Positions 1-10,200 are shown, counted from the first letter of the stretch. The stretch is 32,000 nucleotides of DNA from Wolbachia endosymbiont of Cimex lectularius (GCF_000829315.1 NZ_AP013028.1:90001-122000); one strand, 5' to 3'. Notes: generated by a model not told the origin, from the sequence alone. Translations and numbers: made by a program.

Positions 1-159
1 AATGGTAGCTAAAAATTCAACGTCCTGAATTGTAGCTAAGCCAGTAAAGCCTAAAATATCATTTAAGAAATGAATAAGAATATCTTTATTCTTTTCAGTA
101 CCAAATATTCTTTTAAAGGCATAATCATTGCACGCGTCAAGAAATTTTGAAAAAGCCAT
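1..159 (-). CDS. Rpn-family / PD-(D/E)XK nuclease-transposase-like protein, N-terminal part (runs off window edge)
   Basis: Minus-strand frame open from ATG at 159 to the window edge: MAFSKFLDACNDYAFKRIFGTEKNKDILIHFLNDILGFTGLATIQDVEFLATI. The 'DYAFKxIFG...K.iLi.FLNdiL' motif is typical of Rpn/transposase-like PD-(D/E)XK proteins. Not in the supplied ORF track because it is short and incomplete. Confidence 0.75.
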   Translation of the reverse strand, partial: MAFSKFLDACNDYAFKRIFGTEKNKDILIHFLNDILGFTGLATIQDVEFLATI

Positions 160-556
160 AAGAAAAACCTTAAAAAGCATTAAAATTATACACTATTTCT
201 TACAAATATTCAATCTTTTTATTTCGGATATATTGGCCTACGAACCCAAGCCTCATCTTGAATTGCAATTATATTAAAAAATTTACCAAGCGAGAAAAAA
301 AGCAAAAGAAGCCCCGAGTGGCGAATTTTGAGTCAAAAATACTCTTGCTACCATAATAATGAAATTGTTGGAATTTGTCAAGTAGTTTTTTTTGTTTCTA
401 TTGGATAACGCTATGGCTTTTTTCCATTTTCGTCTGTCCGCTTTCTGTGTAGCGAGGATTGGTATTAGTTCAAGAACTATGTAAAAAGTCCAATATAATT
501 ACCGTAATAGTAAAAGTATGAATAAGAGTGTGCCAGTAAACTCCGCTTGAGAGAAA

Positions 557-1363
557 TTATTTTCTAGATTTGTGAGTTGCTTTGAAAGGTGACTTTTTGC
601 GCTGCCTTGGGTAAGATGAACGATGATGGATTAAACGTAAGAATAGTGTAGAAATAACAGGTTTGATGAGTGGCTTTATATTATCATTAAAAATCCATAT
701 CCATACGCTAAATGCAGAACTTAGAAGCCCAGTTAGTATAGATACCGTGTTTGGCTCTTTGGTCAACATCCAAAACAGCCAAATAATGGATAAAGATACA
801 GAGAAGAGAGGGAAATGCTTCAATGCTGCCGTCCACTCACCAGGTTTTGGTAAAAATTCAAGTGTGTTAGGAAAAAATGATACAATGAAGTATGGAAGTG
901 CAATGCCTAAGCCAAGAAATAAGAAAATGCTAATAGAAATAAGTATTGATGACTGAGTAAGAGCAAAACCTATGGCAGGTGCCATAAAAGGTGTGATACA
1001 GGGAATTATAGCCAATGTTAAAAACATTCCACCGAAAAAACTGCTATTAGCTTTATCTGAACGAGAAAATATGAGAGAAATATCAGACAAGCTACAAAGA
1101 AAACATAAGCCTATTACAAACATTACATATAGTAATATTAGTACCAAAACAAGAGACTGTATATGAAAACCCAAGTCCATTGCATAACCTATGTTACGTA
1201 ATGCTAATAGCATTAAGGACAATATCAACATGCTAGTCAATACTCCAAGAGTGTAGGCTATGCCATTTAACTTCAGTTTAAATGAGTTACTAGGGCCATT
1301 GATTATTGCTGCTGCTTTTAAAGAAAGAACAGGAAAAACACAAGGCATAAAGTTAAGTACCAC
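557..1363 (-). CDS. DsbD/ScsB-like cytochrome c biogenesis transmembrane domain protein, probably truncated or decayed
   Basis: Contains NFMPCVFPVLSLKA and the multi-TM DsbD beta-domain pattern with ITPFMAPAIGFAL and FPKPGEW. The frame stays open upstream of the GTG at 1363 (...FLINSAYAFIGGVVLNFMPC) to a stop near 1458. No C-terminal thioredoxin domain. Confidence 0.75.
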   Translation of the reverse strand: MVLNFMPCVFPVLSLKAAAIINGPSNSFKLKLNGIAYTLGVLTSMLILSLMLLALRNIGYAMDLGFHIQSLVLVLILLYVMFVIGLCFLCSLSDISLIFSRSDKANSSFFGGMFLTLAIIPCITPFMAPAIGFALTQSSILISISIFLFLGLGIALPYFIVSFFPNTLEFLPKPGEWTAALKHFPLFSVSLSIIWLFWMLTKEPNTVSILTGLLSSAFSVWIWIFNDNIKPLIKPVISTLFLRLIHHRSSYPRQRKKSPFKATHKSRK

Positions 1364-1507
1364 ACCACCGATAAACGCGTATGCTGAATTTATTAGAAAC
1401 CCTACGATTTTACATATAATTAAAACTATAATACAGTTTGAAGTAAAAGAATCTACTTAAATAGTCAATTGACTTTTTGTGCTGGTATGTTAGAAATTTT
1501 ATACTTT

Positions 1508-1575
1508 GTGGGCGTAGCTCAGTTGGTAGAGTGTCAGTTTGTGGTCGCCAATTTGATCCTGGTCACTTGTTCCAC
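1508..1575 (+). pseudogene. Degenerate tRNA-His(GTG)-like gene
   Basis: GTGGGCGTAGCTCAGTTGGTAGAGTGTCAGTTTGTGGTCGCCAATTTGATCCTGG...TTCCAC: good 5' acceptor, D-arm and TTTGTGG anticodon loop, but the 3' half of the anticodon stem is absent and total length is about 68 nt instead of about 76. Confidence 0.5.
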
Positions 1576-1862
1576 TAAAATTTTTAGCCCTACAGAAATA
1601 TAAGCGTGAGCATGCTTTATACATACTCACTTAGTGTATCTGTTTAGGGGGCATGGCTAATGTACAAATATTGAAGCTAAAGTGGCGTCATGTAAGTAGC
1701 TGACACTGGAACTTAGTTTTTCTTATGATTTCATCAAAACATTATATTTTAGCATAAAATGGCCTCTTATGCCTACCGGAACTCATTCTTTGGTATGCTT
1801 TTCTGCTTTACTAATAGGATATTTTCGGATATAATTGGATATAATTAGATAAAAATACGGAT

Positions 1863-2912
1863 ATGTTTGACATTTCAAAAATTGTAATAACATCTGAAAT
1901 GCTGAAATTAGTTGCTGAAATTGATGAATTTAAAGGAGCATGGCAATTATTTGGTAGTTTAGCTCCAGAGCGTTTACAAATGCTCAAGAAAATTGCAACA
2001 ATTGAAAGTATCGGCTCTTCTACTCGTATTGAAGGAGCAAAACTATCAGATCGTGAAGTTGAACAATTATTATCCAAACTTGATACACAATCATTTCGTT
2101 CTCGGGATGAACAAGAAATAGCTGGATATGCGTATGTGTGTGAAGGGGTATTTCAAAACTTTGAAAATATGCCATTTACAGAAAACGTTATAAAACAGCT
2201 TCATATCTGGCTTTTACAATTTTCACATAAAGATCAAAGGCACATGGGAGAATATAAGAAATTTCCCAATCATGTTGAAGCGTTTGATGAATCTGGAAAA
2301 AGCTTAGGCATAATTTTTGAAACATCTTCTCCATTCGAAACAGTGACACAGATGCAAGAACTTATCTATTGGAGTGGCCAGCAATTAGAAGCGAAATCAT
2401 CGCATCCTCTATTAATTATCGGCATCTTTATAGTTACTTTTTTAGCTATACATCCCTTTCAAGATGGAAATGGAAGGTTATCACGTATTCTTACAACTTT
2501 CTTGTTGCTAAAGTTAGGGTATGCCTACGTACCTTACAGTTCTCTTGAAAGTATAATTGAAAGTAACAAGGAAAGTTATTACTTAGCTTTGCGTCGCACT
2601 CAACAGTCTTTAAAGACTGGCAACTATGACTTTAGTCCATGGCTTATGTTCTTTTTCAGATCACTACAAAAGCAAAAGTCTCATCTTGAGGAAAAGGTGT
2701 CACATGAAAAAATGTTGAATCTTTATTTGCCACCACTTTCGGCTAAAATAGTAGTTTTACTTAGCAAACATGGACGTCTTACAATTAAGGATTTAGAAAA
2801 TATCACTAAAGCAAACCGAAGTACCTTAAAGAAGCATGTATCTAATCTTGTAAAGGGTAATCACATCACTCAGCATGGAAAAGGCAAAGCAACTTGCTAT
2901 GTAGCTCAATAA
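1863..2912 (+). CDS. Fic-domain protein (Fic/DOC family, putative AMP-transferase) with C-terminal winged-helix-like region
   Basis: Canonical Fic motif HPFQDGNGRLSR; N-terminal class-II-like inhibitory motif SSTRIEGAKL; C-terminal HTH-like 'HGRLTIKDLENITKANRSTLKKHVSNLVKGNHI'. Confidence 0.93.
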   Translation: MFDISKIVITSEMLKLVAEIDEFKGAWQLFGSLAPERLQMLKKIATIESIGSSTRIEGAKLSDREVEQLLSKLDTQSFRSRDEQEIAGYAYVCEGVFQNFENMPFTENVIKQLHIWLLQFSHKDQRHMGEYKKFPNHVEAFDESGKSLGIIFETSSPFETVTQMQELIYWSGQQLEAKSSHPLLIIGIFIVTFLAIHPFQDGNGRLSRILTTFLLLKLGYAYVPYSSLESIIESNKESYYLALRRTQQSLKTGNYDFSPWLMFFFRSLQKQKSHLEEKVSHEKMLNLYLPPLSAKIVVLLSKHGRLTIKDLENITKANRSTLKKHVSNLVKGNHITQHGKGKATCYVAQ

Positions 2913-3006
2913 GATATATATTCATTTTGAATTATAGGGAGGTCTAAGCTATGCTTACAAGGATGACAAAGTTTCAAAAAAAGCCTAATATAACTTAAAA
3001 AGCTTT

Positions 3007-3795
3007 ATGAAAATCAGAGTTGGAGTAATAGGCTGTTTAGGCAGAATGGGCAAAAAAATACTCAGTGAATTGACCACAAATACCAAAGTAGAGATAGCAG
3101 GTGCTGTTGCCCGTGCAGATAGTAAATACGTAGGCTTAGATATAGGGCCAATTATAGGCCACAGCTTCAATTTAGGAATCAAAGTTACAAGTTCTATTAG
3201 TGACGTATTTAAGTCATCTGACGTTGTAATAGATTTTACAACTAAAGAATGTATGTTAGACTGCCTTAAGGCGGCTGTGAAATTTAAAAAACCGCTAGTT
3301 AGTGGTACAACTGGAATAGAAAGTATCGATTTAAAAAAGTATGCTGCTGAGGTTCCGATATTATGGTCGGTAAATATGAGCGTTGGAGTTAATGTATTGT
3401 TAAAACTGGTAAAAAAAGCTGCTGAGCTTTTAGGTAGCGAATACGACGCTGAAATTTGGGAAATGCACCATAGCTTTAAAAAAGATTCGCCATCTGGAAC
3501 AGCTATAGAACTTGGTAAAGCAATTGCTAGCGCTTCAAAAAGAGATTTTCAACAGTATTGTCATAGTTATCTAAAAATAAGAGAAAAGGGAGAAATAGGT
3601 TTTGCAGTATCTCGTGGAGGTGGAGTGATAGGAGACCATAGTGTAATGTTTGTTAATTCTGATGAACGGATAGAATTAAATCACAAAGCAATCAATCGCA
3701 CAACATTTGCTAAAGGTGCTGTTCAAGCAGCAATATGGCTGCATGAGAACAAAAGAGGAACACCAAGACTCTATTCAATGCAGGACGTGATATGA
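3007..3795 (+). CDS. dapB: 4-hydroxy-tetrahydrodipicolinate reductase
   Basis: N-terminal [10 protein letters not shown] nucleotide-binding motif, [22 protein letters not shown] and [14 protein letters not shown], as in DapB. Confidence 0.95.
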   Translation: MKIRVGVIGCLGRMGKKILSELTTNTKVEIAGAVARADSKYVGLDIGPIIGHSFNLGIKVTSSISDVFKSSDVVIDFTTKECMLDCLKAAVKFKKPLVSGTTGIESIDLKKYAAEVPILWSVNMSVGVNVLLKLVKKAAELLGSEYDAEIWEMHHSFKKDSPSGTAIELGKAIASASKRDFQQYCHSYLKIREKGEIGFAVSRGGGVIGDHSVMFVNSDERIELNHKAINRTTFAKGAVQAAIWLHENKRGTPRLYSMQDVI

Positions 3796-4550
3796 ACGAT
3801 ACACGTGCCTCTGTTGAAAATTTAAATCTCTGGTATGGCTCTAAGCAAGTTTTATTCGATATAAATTTGGATATTTATAAAAGAAAAGTTACTACTTTTA
3901 TCGGGCCATCTGGGTGTGGTAAATCAACCTTTTTGCGCTGTTTTAATCGCATGAATGATTATGTACCAGGGTGCAAAGCTGTTGGTGAGTTGGTTATCAA
4001 CGGGCTAGGTAATATATATTCACGTGATATGGATGTTGTGCTACTTAGAGCAAAAGTTGGCATGGTATTTCAAAAGCCCAATCCTTTTCCAAAGTCAATA
4101 TATGATAACGTTGCTTATGGACCCAAATTGCATGGCATGGTGAAGAATAAGCAAAAATTAGACGAAATGGTGGAAAATGGTTTAACTAAGGTCGGTTTAT
4201 GGGAAGAGCTGAAAGATAGATTGCAGGATAGCGCATTGGATTTATCTGGTGGCCAACAACAGAGATTGTGCATTGCCCGTGCAATTGCAGTGAAGCCAAC
4301 TATTTTATTAATGGATGAACCATGTTCCGCTCTTGATCCAATGGCAACCAATGCAATCGAAAACCTTATACAAGAGCTGAAATTAAGGTTTACCATAATT
4401 ATGGTGACTCATTCGATGAAACAAGCTAAAAAGCTGTCTGATAGCGTAATCTTCTTTTGTAATGGCAAGATTGTTGAATCTGGAAGTGTTCAAGAAATAT
4501 TCGAAGATGCTCAATCTCCCTTAACGAAAGAGTATATTCTGGATCATTAA
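3792..4550 (+). CDS. pstB: Phosphate ABC transporter ATP-binding protein
   Basis: Walker [10 protein letters not shown], signature [16 protein letters not shown], Walker [14 protein letters not shown], and PstB-like [10 protein letters not shown]. Start overlaps dapB stop by 4 nt. Confidence 0.95.
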   Translation: MNDTRASVENLNLWYGSKQVLFDINLDIYKRKVTTFIGPSGCGKSTFLRCFNRMNDYVPGCKAVGELVINGLGNIYSRDMDVVLLRAKVGMVFQKPNPFPKSIYDNVAYGPKLHGMVKNKQKLDEMVENGLTKVGLWEELKDRLQDSALDLSGGQQQRLCIARAIAVKPTILLMDEPCSALDPMATNAIENLIQELKLRFTIIMVTHSMKQAKKLSDSVIFFCNGKIVESGSVQEIFEDAQSPLTKEYILDH

Positions 4551-5725
4551 ATTCCGCTATGCACAAGAACTTTACTCTCAATAGCCTCGCTGGCAATAAC
4601 ACGGCTTTCAAAATCAATATTGATTATGTCGGATAGTGAATTAACATCAGCGTAACCATCAAAACTTTCTACCGTTGACTTCACCACCTTTACTATCTCT
4701 AAAAAGCCGATTTGTGACTTCAAAAATTTATTAACGGCTATTTCGTTTGCAGCATTGAGAACAATACTATTTGTTTGTGGAGCAGAAGAATTCAGCACTT
4801 CCATGCTGAGCTTTAGCGCGGGAAAGCGCCTATGATCAGGTTCTTGAAAGGTCAATTTTTTTTGCTTTGTTAAATCTAATTTATAACTCAAAGCTGACCT
4901 TTCTGGCCAAGACAGAGCATATGAGATGAGAATTGCCATGTCAGTCTCTGCGAGCACAGCAAAGTTAAAACCATCCTTGTAAACTACAACTCCATGTATT
5001 ATCGATTCAGGGTGCACTACTGCTTCAATTTTATTTGGGCTAATGTTAAACAAATTATGTGCTTCTATTATCTCTAGCGCTTTATTCATCATTGTTGCAC
5101 TATCAACCGAGATTTTCTTTCCCATATTCCAAGTAGGGTGACTTAGTGCCTGATTTGCCACAACATTTCTTAATTGCTCAAGGCTACAATTTAGAAATGG
5201 TCCACCAGAAGCAGTGAGTATAATCTTTTCTACGCATCTATCGTCACTTTGCAAAACTTGAAAAATTGCGTTGTGTTCAGAGTCAATAGGAATTATCTGT
5301 ACGCTTTTCTCTTTAGCTTTCTTAAATAGTAATTTCCCACCACAAACAATACTTTCTTTGTTTGCTAGTGCAATGATTTTGGTACCACTCTCCATAACCT
5401 GCATAACTGGCTCAAGGCCTGCAATGCCAACTATTGCAACAACTGAGAGATCGACGGGCAAAGAAGCAACATTTGCTAAACCTTTAGCGCCAACTTCTAT
5501 TTTGATGTTTGTACCAAGTAGACTTTCTTTTAAATCTTTATAAAACCTTTTATCAGAGATAGCAACATATCTCGCATTTAGCAGTTTTGCTTGATATGCC
5601 AGTAGAGCAAAATTCGAGTGGGCACTAAGTGCTTCTACCTGGTATTCTTCTTTTCTCTTCAGTAGTAAGTCTACAGTCTTTTTTCCAATACTTCCTGTTG
5701 ATCCTAAAACTGAAACCTTTTTCAC
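4547..5725 (-). CDS. dxr: 1-deoxy-D-xylulose 5-phosphate reductoisomerase
   Basis: [77 protein letters not shown]. Confidence 0.96.
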   Translation of the reverse strand: MKKVSVLGSTGSIGKKTVDLLLKRKEEYQVEALSAHSNFALLAYQAKLLNARYVAISDKRFYKDLKESLLGTNIKIEVGAKGLANVASLPVDLSVVAIVGIAGLEPVMQVMESGTKIIALANKESIVCGGKLLFKKAKEKSVQIIPIDSEHNAIFQVLQSDDRCVEKIILTASGGPFLNCSLEQLRNVVANQALSHPTWNMGKKISVDSATMMNKALEIIEAHNLFNISPNKIEAVVHPESIIHGVVVYKDGFNFAVLAETDMAILISYALSWPERSALSYKLDLTKQKKLTFQEPDHRRFPALKLSMEVLNSSAPQTNSIVLNAANEIAVNKFLKSQIGFLEIVKVVKSTVESFDGYADVNSLSDIINIDFESRVIASEAIESKVLVHSGI

Positions 5726-5784
5726 TAAAACGAACTCACGTTAATTAAACGAGCTAAACCTATTCTCACCAGCAGTTTCTGGAC

Positions 5785-6288
5785 TTAACCACCAAGCTCA
5801 TGTCCGTGGTTATCGCCAACAGATGGTGAAGGACCGGGCGAAAAAGATTGACCATGATGATCACCTGCATCATGCATGTCATGTAAACCTTCAGCATCGT
5901 GAGCCATTTCGTTGCTAGCGTGGGGATAATCGTCCGGGTAAGGTACCCCATCACCGTGACCTGTATCCATTCCTTCCGATGGCATATCTTCCCCACCTCC
6001 ACCACCTGAAAAATGTTCTGCAAGACTTTCAAGAAACTTTATGCCAAACATATTACCTGATTTTCCAAACAATGTTACTAAGCTACTACCATTTACCAAA
6101 CCTTCGAACACATTGCAGTAAGCAGGAATTGCTCCTTCATGGAAGTTGAACAACCATTTCATTCCATCCACAATTGTTGCAACAGAGTCACTATGACCAA
6201 GACCAAAGCCACTCTTTTCTCCTTGGTTTTCTTGGTGTTGTTGTTGAGCTTGCCACTCTGCAATATTTGGACCTTGAGCTTCAGCCAT
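5785..6288 (-). CDS. Hypothetical protein (Wolbachia-type), Gly/His/Asp-rich C-terminus
   Basis: 167 aa ORF, MAEAQGPNIAEWQAQQQHQENQG..., low-complexity HHGQSFSPGPSPSVGDNHGHELGG tail; the better of two overlapping minus-strand frames. Confidence 0.65.
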   Translation of the reverse strand: MAEAQGPNIAEWQAQQQHQENQGEKSGFGLGHSDSVATIVDGMKWLFNFHEGAIPAYCNVFEGLVNGSSLVTLFGKSGNMFGIKFLESLAEHFSGGGGGEDMPSEGMDTGHGDGVPYPDDYPHASNEMAHDAEGLHDMHDAGDHHGQSFSPGPSPSVGDNHGHELGG

Positions 6289-6398
6289 AAACTTTTGTTC
6301 TAAACCTTAGATTACTATTTTACCACAAATATTGAAAAATATTAATAGGGCTACCATTTTCTGAACGACAACATGCTTTTAAGCACTTATTGATGAGA

Positions 6399-6830
6399 CT
6401 AGCGAAACGGTTTTACGATAACCGCAATAATTATAATTATTATCAATACTGTAACAACTTCATTTACAATACGGAAATAAACATGATTTTTCCTATTTAA
6501 GCCCATTGCAAAGTTTTTCCTGTGCCTTGCAAGTAGTCCATGAACAGCAAATATAAAGAATAATGCTAGTGCTTTTATGTGGAACCACCCTTCGCGGTAT
6601 GCCTCTCTCATAACCATTAATGTGATGCCAAAACCAAGCGAAAAGAGCATTGCAGGGTTTATGATAAATCTTAGAAGTCTTTTCTCCATTATTTGGAGTA
6701 AGCTATCGTTTTCCGATCCTGGCTTTACGGTTGCATGGTAGACGTAAAGCCTCGGTAAATAGAGCATACCTGCCATCCACATAATGACGGAGATAACGTG
6801 AAAAGCTTCGAGCCAGTGGTAATAATCCAT
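6399..6830 (-). CDS. hemJ: Protoporphyrinogen oxidase HemJ family (UPF0093-type membrane protein)
   Basis: MDYYHWLEAFHVISVIMWMAGMLYLPRLYVYH, later FHxxxALxxFFIxxHGLLxRHRKNF; classic HemJ pattern. Confidence 0.92.
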   Translation of the reverse strand: MDYYHWLEAFHVISVIMWMAGMLYLPRLYVYHATVKPGSENDSLLQIMEKRLLRFIINPAMLFSLGFGITLMVMREAYREGWFHIKALALFFIFAVHGLLARHRKNFAMGLNRKNHVYFRIVNEVVTVLIIIIIIAVIVKPFR

Positions 6831-6884
6831 TACAAAACGTTGAAATTTCTGATATCATCTGAGTTTAACGAAAAAGAAATAGAT

Positions 6885-7868
6885 ATGAAAGCGGAAAATT
6901 TCACTAAAGAACAGGTGATTGGATTCTACAGGAAAATGCTACTCATACGCAGATTTGAGGAAAAAGCAGGACAATTGTATGGAATGGGCTTAATAGGCGG
7001 ATTCTGTCACCTATCGATAGGACAAGAGGCAGTTGCAGTTGGAACGCAAGCTGCGTCAAAGTCCGGTGATGCTTTGATCACAAGTTATAGAGACCACGGT
7101 TTAATGCTGGCATGTGGCTCTGATCCAAACGTTGTGATGGCAGAACTGACCGGTAAAGAGACGGGATGCTCAAAAGGCAAAGGTGGTTCAATGCATATAT
7201 TTGATATTGAAAAAAAATTCTTCGGTGGACATGGAATAGTGGGTGCACAGGTTCCAATTGGCACAGGAATAGCATTTGCTAATAGATATAAGAAAAAAGA
7301 CAACGTGGTATTCACGTATTTTGGCGATGGTGCTGCAAACCAAGGGCAAGTGTATGAATCATTCAATATGGCAGCTTTATGGAAGTTACCTGTGGTTTAT
7401 ATTATAGAGAATAATGGATACGCAATGGGAACCTCCGTGCAAAGATCAACTTTAGTAACTGAGTTATATAGGAGAGGAGAGGGTTTTGGCATTCCTGGAA
7501 AGCAAGTTGATGGAATGGATTTTTTCTCTGTTTATGAGGAGGCAAGTGAGGCAGCTAAGTACGTGCGTAATGGAAAAGGGCCTATTCTGCTTGAAGTGAA
7601 GACATACCGATATCGCGGCCATTCGATGTCAGACCCTGCAACTTATCGTTCAAAAGAAGAAGTTGAAGATATGAAGCAAAACCATGATCCTATAAGCACT
7701 TTGAAGAAGTACATGGTAGATAATAAGATTGCTGCAGAGGAAGAATGCAAAGCAATTGACAAAGAAGTGCGCGATTTAGTGAAAAAATCAGAAGATTTTG
7801 CCAAAAAGAGTAAAGAACCAAGCGTTGATGAGCTGTATACTGATGTTTACAAATCTGTCAACCGTTAA
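6885..7868 (+). CDS. pdhA: Pyruvate dehydrogenase E1 component, alpha subunit
   Basis: Homologous part begins MKAENFTKEQVIGFYRKMLLIRRFEEKAGQLYGMG; thiamine-binding GDGAANQGQVYESFNMAALWKLPVVYIIENN; YRYRGHSMSDPATYR. The ORF-track start at 6798 is probably too far upstream. Confidence 0.95.
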   Translation: MKAENFTKEQVIGFYRKMLLIRRFEEKAGQLYGMGLIGGFCHLSIGQEAVAVGTQAASKSGDALITSYRDHGLMLACGSDPNVVMAELTGKETGCSKGKGGSMHIFDIEKKFFGGHGIVGAQVPIGTGIAFANRYKKKDNVVFTYFGDGAANQGQVYESFNMAALWKLPVVYIIENNGYAMGTSVQRSTLVTELYRRGEGFGIPGKQVDGMDFFSVYEEASEAAKYVRNGKGPILLEVKTYRYRGHSMSDPATYRSKEEVEDMKQNHDPISTLKKYMVDNKIAAEEECKAIDKEVRDLVKKSEDFAKKSKEPSVDELYTDVYKSVNR

Positions 7869-7877
7869 CTGTAAAAA

Positions 7878-8385
7878 AACTACTTGACAACCTTCGCCAG
7901 TCTCCTTACAATAGAGTTGTAGGTGTTTTAGGCCTAAAATTTATCTTTAATCTTGTATTAAGTGACAAAAGCACAGTATAAAACAAGGCGTGTTATGTTT
8001 AATTTTTGCAGCATGGACACTGCATGTCTTTATAATTTTTTGTCTACATTAGCTGAGCCTCGCTTATTAAGCGGTGTAAGAGAGAATCGGACGCCAAGTT
8101 TTTGAGAGAACAGTAAACAACTCACATTACGGGGTTTCTTTTGTCTTTTTTTTAAATTAGTTAAAATTTTAACCAATCTAATTTTTTTCACAAAAAAATT
8201 GCTTGACAAGTTTTTACATTTCCCTTATCATAAAATTGTGGGTATTTACAACCCCAAGGTCAGCTACTTGTCAAGCGTATAGAGCATTAACGCCAAGTTA
8301 TTAAAATAGATGTTGACCGGGGCTTCTTTTGCTTTTTTTCTTATCTGGTAAATTTCTTAATATTTATTGCTAATTGTAATTCATG
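7878..8385 (+). repeat. Composite dispersed intergenic repeat, copy D (divergent)
   Basis: Shares 'ACTACTTGACA-N17-TACAAT', 'TGTTTAATTTTTGCA..ATG..CACTGCATGTCTTT' and two 'GGGG(T/C)TTCTTTTG(T)CTTTTTTT' modules with 16395-16820 and the reverse complements of 11445-11890 and 28128-28585. Confidence 0.7.
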
Positions 8386-8458
8386 AATTGGGTAGGAGGG
8401 TGTCATGCCAGTGCTTGACACTGGCATCCGGGAATTTTACTAAGTTGGTGAGTATAAA

Positions 8459-8647
8459 AGTATCTGTTCAGCCAATGGCGTCAACTTAAGAAAAAATGTC
8501 AGTGATCGTGTATAAAATTTCTCTCTAAAATTTTTACCATTAAATTATCCACAAGCTGCAATAAGCAGCACTTTTGTTTCTATTTTATTCCAACAAAGAA
8601 GTTTACAAGGAGGCTCTTAAGTTGACGCCATTGCCTGAATGGATACC
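8459..8647. repeat. Near-perfect 32 bp inverted repeat (8459-8490 / 8616-8647) bounding a short noncoding segment; possible MITE or IS-end remnant
   Basis: Reverse complement of the left arm CTTAAGTTGACGCCATTGGCTGAACAGATACT against right arm CTTAAGTTGACGCCATTGCCTGAATGGATACC, 28/32 identical by eye. Confidence 0.65.
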
Positions 8648-8710
8648 CTCTTATCTATCGTTTCTTAAACTGCTCCCCTGAATGGATACTATCAGGCCAA
8701 TACCCCCAAC

Positions 8711-10138
8711 TTATAACTCAGTTCCGCCTACCGTAATTGCATCAACTTTGAGTGTTGGTTGACCAACTCCAACAGGCACGTTTTGTCCGTCTTTCGAACA
8801 TGTGCCAATACCGGGATCTAGCTTTAAGTCGTTGCCAACCATGGATACTTTTTTTAGTACTGTTGGCCCGTCACCAATTAACGTCGCTCCTTTGACTGGC
8901 TGAGTAACTTTGCCGTTTTCTATCAAATAAGCTTCTGAAGATGAGAAAACAAATTTTCCTGATGTTATATCAACCTGCCCACCACCAAAATTTACTGCAT
9001 ATAGACCTTTCTTCACGCTAGATATTATTTCTTCGGGTGTATGTTTTCCTGGCAACATATAGGTGTTTGTCATGCGCGGCATAGTAACTTCCTTATAACT
9101 TTCCCTTCTACCATTACCAGTTGGGTTTACCCCCATGAGTTTAGCATTCATATGATCCTGCATATATCCTTTGAGGATTCCATCTTCTATCAACACATTA
9201 TAACCAGAAGGAGTACCTTCATCATCTATGCTAATAGAACCACGCAAATTAGACAGAGTTCCATCATCAACTACTGTGATGCCACTAGCTGCTACTTGTT
9301 TACCAATAGAATTTGAAAATGCTGATACTCCTTTACGATTAAAATCGCCTTCGAGTCCATGACCTACAGCTTCGTGTAACAACACTCCTGGCCAGCCCGA
9401 ACCTAGAACAACTGTCATCTCTCCGGCCGGAGTTGGAACTGCTTCAAGATTTACTAATGCTTGTTCTAAAGCCTGGTTTGCAACTTCCTTCCACTTTTTC
9501 CCAGAAATAAACTTACTATAAGAATCCCGTCCACCGTGTCCTGCAGAACCTCTTTCGGTGCGACCATCTTTCTCTACGATAACCAGCACATTAAAACGTA
9601 CTAAAGGCCTAATATCGCTTAATCTGTGATCACCTTTTATTATTTGTACGACTTGCCATTCTCCACTTAGAGTTATTTTTACTTGCTTCACGCAGTTATT
9701 TTTGGATCTTACATACTCATTAACCTCGTTGAGCAGTTTAATTTTTGAGCTTAGATCTATTTCATTTATGGGGTTAGTTTTCGAATATAGGTTTTTTGTC
9801 TCTTTGCTTAAGCTTATTGAATTTGTTTTGTTCAAAGACACTGAGCTTTTAACTATAGAAGCAGCGTTACTAATTTCTTTTTCGCTAATCTCAGAAGAAC
9901 AAACAAAAGATGTGCTGTCCTCGCAAAAAGACCTCAGGCCAAATCCCCTTCTGGTATTCAAATCCATGTGTTTCAATATGTTATCATTGAAAACCAGAGA
10001 CTCTGACTGACAAAACTCTAAAAATAGCTCACCGCCATCGCTATTGCTCAAAGCATGGTTGACTATTTTATATACGTTATTAATATTAACATTGTTTTGA
10101 GCAAAAAATATTTGATCTAAGTTTAAATTGTCCGACAT
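8711..10138 (-). CDS. tldD: Metalloprotease TldD
   Basis: GWPGVLLHEAVGHGLEGDFNRKGVSAF (HExxxH), TNTYMLPG, VGQPTLKVDAITVGG C-terminus. Confidence 0.95.
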   Translation of the reverse strand: MSDNLNLDQIFFAQNNVNINNVYKIVNHALSNSDGGELFLEFCQSESLVFNDNILKHMDLNTRRGFGLRSFCEDSTSFVCSSEISEKEISNAASIVKSSVSLNKTNSISLSKETKNLYSKTNPINEIDLSSKIKLLNEVNEYVRSKNNCVKQVKITLSGEWQVVQIIKGDHRLSDIRPLVRFNVLVIVEKDGRTERGSAGHGGRDSYSKFISGKKWKEVANQALEQALVNLEAVPTPAGEMTVVLGSGWPGVLLHEAVGHGLEGDFNRKGVSAFSNSIGKQVAASGITVVDDGTLSNLRGSISIDDEGTPSGYNVLIEDGILKGYMQDHMNAKLMGVNPTGNGRRESYKEVTMPRMTNTYMLPGKHTPEEIISSVKKGLYAVNFGGGQVDITSGKFVFSSSEAYLIENGKVTQPVKGATLIGDGPTVLKKVSMVGNDLKLDPGIGTCSKDGQNVPVGVGQPTLKVDAITVGGTEL

Positions 10139-10200
10139 TACCTTTGAACTAAAAATTGCTCAAGTATATTATTTAACTTTAACATAGTAAACTACAAAAA

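Noticed and set aside
663-1460. Three plus-strand ORFs (663..956, 972..1166, 1260..1460)
   Set aside because: Antisense to the DsbD-like transmembrane region, whose conserved motifs support the minus strand.
1863-2912. Fic gene as part of a toxin-antitoxin (doc/phd or FicT/FicA) pair
   Set aside because: No small antitoxin ORF is adjacent in the same orientation, and the inhibitory motif is internal (class II), so a two-gene system is not supported.
5766-6032. 88-aa minus-strand ORF
   Set aside because: Out-of-frame overlap with the longer 5785..6288 ORF; low-complexity sequence explains it.
6798-6884. Extended pdhA start at 6798
   Set aside because: The 29 extra residues overlap divergent hemJ and match nothing in PdhA; the ATG at 6885 fits the family N-terminus.
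7878-8385. CRISPR array or simple tandem repeat interpretation of the duplicated 'GGGGCTTCTTTTGCTTTTTTTC' modules
   Set aside because: Only two units per locus, irregular spacing, no regular unique spacers and no cas genes; better described as a dispersed composite repeat.
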